DNA of 25,700 nucleotides from the IMG/VR virus record IMGVR_UViG_3300045016_000042, positions 1 through 25,700 of that record, one strand, 5' to 3'. Below, piece after piece: positions 24,788 to 25,700 of the stretch. Position numbers and translations under genes: made by a program. The notes under the pieces were generated by a model. The model was not told the DNA's origin and searched no databases. It worked only from the letters and a program-made list of their open reading frames with translations. Positions within the stretch are counted from its first letter, which is position 1; every line of letters begins with the position of its first letter. This DNA is from a virus (lineage: Duplodnaviria > Caudoviricetes).

Positions 24788-25700
24788 TGGGGCCCACTCC
24801 ACTCCTACCCCAAGCAGCTGAGCTGTTCCACAAGGGAATCGTGGCAATGGCGGAAGCTGAATTGAGGGGGATTCCGGTTGACGTTCCCTACTGTCATCAC
24901 GCCCTGGCCGGAATACAGATCAAGATCAAGGAGCTTCAGGCCATCTGTATGGAGGATGAGTTTTGTCAGTCTTGGCAGGGAGCCTTCGGGAGAGAGTTCA
25001 ATCTCAATGCCAACGACCAGTTGGCGCACATGCTGTTCGTAGTCAAGAAGTTCCCATCAGAAAAGAAAACCAAGGGCGGGTCCAAAGCAGTAGACGATGA
25101 AGTGCTTGAAGACCTTTGCCCCCAACTTCCGGTGTTGGAAACCCTACTGGAAATGAGGAAGTGGTTGAAGGTCTCCGGGACTTATCTGGAGGGGATACTG
25201 CGCGCAACCCACCAAGGAATCTGCCATCCCTCCTTTGACCTCCATACCACCAGAACGTACCGGTCATCCTCCTCCAATCCCAACTTTCAGAATATGCCCA
25301 TCCGTGATCCAGAGTGCGGAGAGATCATCCGGTCAGCCTTCCTTCCCCCGCCCGGATTTCAGATGGTGGAGAGTGACTACAGCCAACTGGAAGTGAGAGT
25401 CAATGCGTCATACTCGGGGGACTCTCACCTCATCCGATACATATTGGACAAGTCCACTGATATGCATCGAGATTCTGCTATGGACTTGTTCTTGCTTCCG
25501 GCTTCGGAAGTTACCAAGGAGATTCGCCACGAGGCAAAGAACAAGAACGTGTTTGCCAAGTTCTATGGATCAGTCCCTCAAAACATCGCAAGGGCTTTGT
25601 GGAGACAAATGACAAAGCCCGATGGGCTGAGGATGAAGGATGGAAGGAAGCTGCTGGATCATCTGAAGTCCAAAGGATATGATCACCTGTCTCCCCAGTT
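24784..25700 (+). CDS. polA: Family A DNA polymerase, polymerase domain (3' truncated by the window; absent from the supplied ORF track)
   Basis: Manual translation from ATG 24784 stays open to the end: ELRGIPVD, FNLNANDQL, TRTYRSSSSNPNFQNMP, motif A DYSQLEVR, DMH and motif B RHEAKNKNVFAKFYG. Confidence 0.93.
   Translation, partial: MMGPTPLLPQAAELFHKGIVAMAEAELRGIPVDVPYCHHALAGIQIKIKELQAICMEDEFCQSWQGAFGREFNLNANDQLAHMLFVVKKFPSEKKTKGGSKAVDDEVLEDLCPQLPVLETLLEMRKWLKVSGTYLEGILRATHQGICHPSFDLHTTRTYRSSSSNPNFQNMPIRDPECGEIIRSAFLPPPGFQMVESDYSQLEVRVNASYSGDSHLIRYILDKSTDMHRDSAMDLFLLPASEVTKEIRHEAKNKNVFAKFYGSVPQNIARALWRQMTKPDGLRMKDGRKLLDHLKSKGYDHLSPQ

Overview
This window is a gene-dense segment of a bacteriophage genome, and every credible gene lies on the + strand. 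It shows no structural genes, integrase, tRNA or CRISPR array. All family calls come from motif recognition by eye; no database was searched. (1) 300-7470 is an early/accessory region driven by a duplicated 108-bp promoter-operator-RBS cassette. It holds many hypothetical genes plus a HExxH zincin, a Topo VIA/Spo11-like protein, a lysozyme-like protein and a DUF932 protein. (2) 7532-14126 encodes an RHH regulator, a sigma-like factor, an SNF2 helicase, a primase, a replication initiator and a DnaB-like helicase. (3) 14219-14929 is a separately transcribed Lys/Ala-rich winged-helix protein. (4) 14990-22561 is an unusual enzyme cluster: DUF362, a GT-A glycosyltransferase, a SAM methyltransferase, two paralogous SPL-like radical SAM enzymes, a predicted second sliding-clamp-fold protein and a DUF2156/MprF-like tRNA-dependent aminoacyl transferase. 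This is the best candidate for an undescribed system, probably DNA hypermodification. (5) 22524-end encodes a DnaN-like clamp and a family A polymerase split into a UDG4+exonuclease ORF and a polymerase ORF that runs off the window. A recurring GGTATA(A/G)AG DNA motif and two short peptide motifs (SRRTV and GF[G/F]) link otherwise unrelated genes.
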